Shown piece after piece: positions 62,113 through 64,000 of a DNA stretch of 64,000 nt. The notes under the pieces are model-generated. The model worked only from the letters and a program-made list of their open reading frames with translations. It searched no databases and was not told where the DNA came from. Each line of letters begins with the position of its first letter. The stretch's first letter is position 1. The position numbers and the translations under genes are program-made. The stretch is from Candidatus Poribacteria bacterium (GTDB lineage: Bacteria; Poribacteria; WGA-4E; PCPOR2b): positions 2,752,001 to 2,816,000 of the forward strand of contig OZ220744.1 of assembly GCA_965116925.1 (NCBI GenBank), written 5' to 3'.

Positions 62113-64000
62113 ATGTCAGTGAAAATTACAGAAGCAGACCTAAAAGCTGCCCTGCCCGACCTCACCACCACAGTGCGTTTTGCGGGACTCCACAAACCCG
62201 TTGAGGTGTATCGGGACAGATGGGGCATCCCTCATATTAAGGCGGAGAACGAAAACGACCTGTTTTTCGCACAAGGTTTTGTTACCGCGCAGGACCGGCT
62301 GTGGCACATGGATGCGGATCGGCATCGTGCGCTCGGCAGATGGGCGGAGTTCGCAGGACCGAACGGCGTGACTCAAGATCGGTTGTTGCGAGCAGCGGGA
62401 ATGGGTCGCACCGCAAAGCTTGATTACGAAATCGCCAGCCCTGAAGCCAAGACTATGGTTGATGCCTACACAGCGGGTGTGAACGCCTACCTTGATACAG
62501 TTCAAACTCTGCCTATTGAGTACACAATCCTTGACCAAACCCCCGAACGGTGGGAGAATTGGCACTGTCTCGCTGTCTACAAGATACGCAATACCCTCTT
62601 AGGAACATTTGAACCGAAACTCTACCGGATGCGCTTGGCAAAAACACTCGGTCCCGAAAGACTCGCTGAACTGATGAAGGGGTATCCGAATGGGCACCTG
62701 CTCACGGTGCCGCCGGGCGAGGTTTACGAGGGGGCTCCGCTTGAAGGGCTTAATGAATTGAGCGAGGCTGCTGGTGCGGCGAACTGGCTTGATGAGGTGG
62801 ATGCGGGGTCAAATGGCTGGTCAATCTCTGGTGAACTTACCGAATCGGGCTTGCCGTTAGTGGGCGGTGACTCACATCGCGCGCTTGATACGCCGAGTGT
62901 TTACTACCAGGTCCACCTCTCGTGTCCCGACTTCACAGTGATTGGGCACGCTGTGCCGGGGATGCCGGGCGCGCTCCATTTCTGCCACAACGAATATGTG
63001 GCGTGGGGGATGACGCATGGTGGCGCGGATACGCAGGATCTTTTTATCGAACGCTTCCGTGAGGGCCCGGAGGGTCGTGAATATCTGTTCAAGGGTGAAT
63101 GGCGATCCGCCGAGGTGCTGAACGAAACAATCGAGGTGCGGGATGCTGACGCAGTACCGTTGGAGGTAACGATTACCCACCACGGTCCCGTTGTCGCTGG
63201 GAATCCTGTATCGGGAGCAGGTATAACAATCAGTGATCCGGGGCTCATTGCCGGTTCCGACTGGGTCGATGCGGCACGCGATGCGATGCGATCGAAGTCC
63301 GTAGATGAGTTGCACCAAGCGTTTCGCAACTGGACAGATCGTGTGAATAATTACGCGGTCGCTGATGTGCACGGGAATTTCGGTTATCTGCACGAAGGCA
63401 AAATCCCGATTCGGCCTGAATCGAACGGCTGGCGCGCGGTGCCGGGCTGGACGGGTGAATATGAGTGGAACGGCTATATCCCTCACGACGAACTGCCAAA
63501 AGCCATCAATCCCGACACCGGGTACGCAGTCACCTGCAATCAACGGGTCGCCGGGCATGACTACCCCTACTATGTGGGGTTGTCTTTCACACCGGAGTAT
63601 CGCGCCCGGCGCGTTCAGACACAAATCCTTTCACTCGAACCGGGAACGGCGACCGTTGACGATATGGCACGTATTCACGCAGAGCGGGTTTCAAATCCGG
63701 CGCGAGTTTTCACAAAAGCGTTGATCCGAACCACGCCGCTTGATGAGGATTCAGCGGAAGCGCTGGAATTGCTACGAACATGGAACTATAGCATGGATCG
63801 TGATCAAGCCCAACCGTTGATTTACGCTAAGACCAAGACGTATGTTATCCAATTCCTGCTCGATCAACTGATGGGAGATATGGCAGCGGAGGTATTTTCC
63901 GGTGCTGCGGGAGGCGATGCCCATGCCCGTCAGATTGTCGTGAGGATGAACCAAGAACTTGATGGGAGTGACAGCCCTTTGCTGCCGCACGATCACGATT
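62113..64000 (+). CDS. Penicillin acylase family (Ntn-hydrolase); 3'-truncated and absent from the ORF track
   Basis: Hand translation gives VYRDRWGIPHI, AQGFVTAQDRLWHMD, nucleophile motif GSNGW, GDSHR and THHGPV; no stop seen before the window end. Confidence 0.93.
   Translation, partial: MSVKITEADLKAALPDLTTTVRFAGLHKPVEVYRDRWGIPHIKAENENDLFFAQGFVTAQDRLWHMDADRHRALGRWAEFAGPNGVTQDRLLRAAGMGRTAKLDYEIASPEAKTMVDAYTAGVNAYLDTVQTLPIEYTILDQTPERWENWHCLAVYKIRNTLLGTFEPKLYRMRLAKTLGPERLAELMKGYPNGHLLTVPPGEVYEGAPLEGLNELSEAAGAANWLDEVDAGSNGWSISGELTESGLPLVGGDSHRALDTPSVYYQVHLSCPDFTVIGHAVPGMPGALHFCHNEYVAWGMTHGGADTQDLFIERFREGPEGREYLFKGEWRSAEVLNETIEVRDADAVPLEVTITHHGPVVAGNPVSGAGITISDPGLIAGSDWVDAARDAMRSKSVDELHQAFRNWTDRVNNYAVADVHGNFGYLHEGKIPIRPESNGWRAVPGWTGEYEWNGYIPHDELPKAINPDTGYAVTCNQRVAGHDYPYYVGLSFTPEYRARRVQTQILSLEPGTATVDDMARIHAERVSNPARVFTKALIRTTPLDEDSAEALELLRTWNYSMDRDQAQPLIYAKTKTYVIQFLLDQLMGDMAAEVFSGAAGGDAHARQIVVRMNQELDGSDSPLLPHDHD

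Noticed and set aside
62140..63996. Several short track ORFs on both strands
   Set aside because: They are shadows of the long plus-strand penicillin-acylase frame that runs off the window.

Overview
Bacterial chromosomal segment with no prophage, CRISPR array or rRNA. The gene families and intergenic repeat styles suggest Candidatus Poribacteria or a similar lineage (inference). Left to right: (1) a 5'-truncated ferredoxin-NADP+ reductase; (2) a ~17-kb minus-strand operon encoding a giant M28-like/LysM/FtsX fusion, two OPT-like transporters, a conserved soluble protein, a PqqD-like protein and an ABC ATPase, interrupted by an Rpn nuclease and other single genes; (3) an XRE + ImmA/IrrE pair; (4) two cassettes of 'structured RNA leader + terminator + secreted 124-aa protein + membrane-anchored protein', with a third orphan copy of the leader; (5) a Fur/PerR-katG cluster; (6) catabolic genes; (7) smpB and a tmRNA gene whose T-loop is interrupted by a 234-nt group I intron; (8) a two-PspA/flotillin/DUF151 envelope-stress locus; (9) S55 and S1 proteases; (10) a TnpB-only IS200/IS605 element with an apparently rearranged RuvC site; (11) a GHMP kinase, an orphan adenine methylase, a DapA-family gene and a 3'-truncated penicillin-acylase-family gene. 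Intergenic regions are dense with REP-, MITE- and short tandem repeats. The best novelty candidates are the repeated leader RNA with its predicted antiterminator, the giant transporter operon and the tmRNA intron. All calls are by-eye motif recognition; no searches were run.
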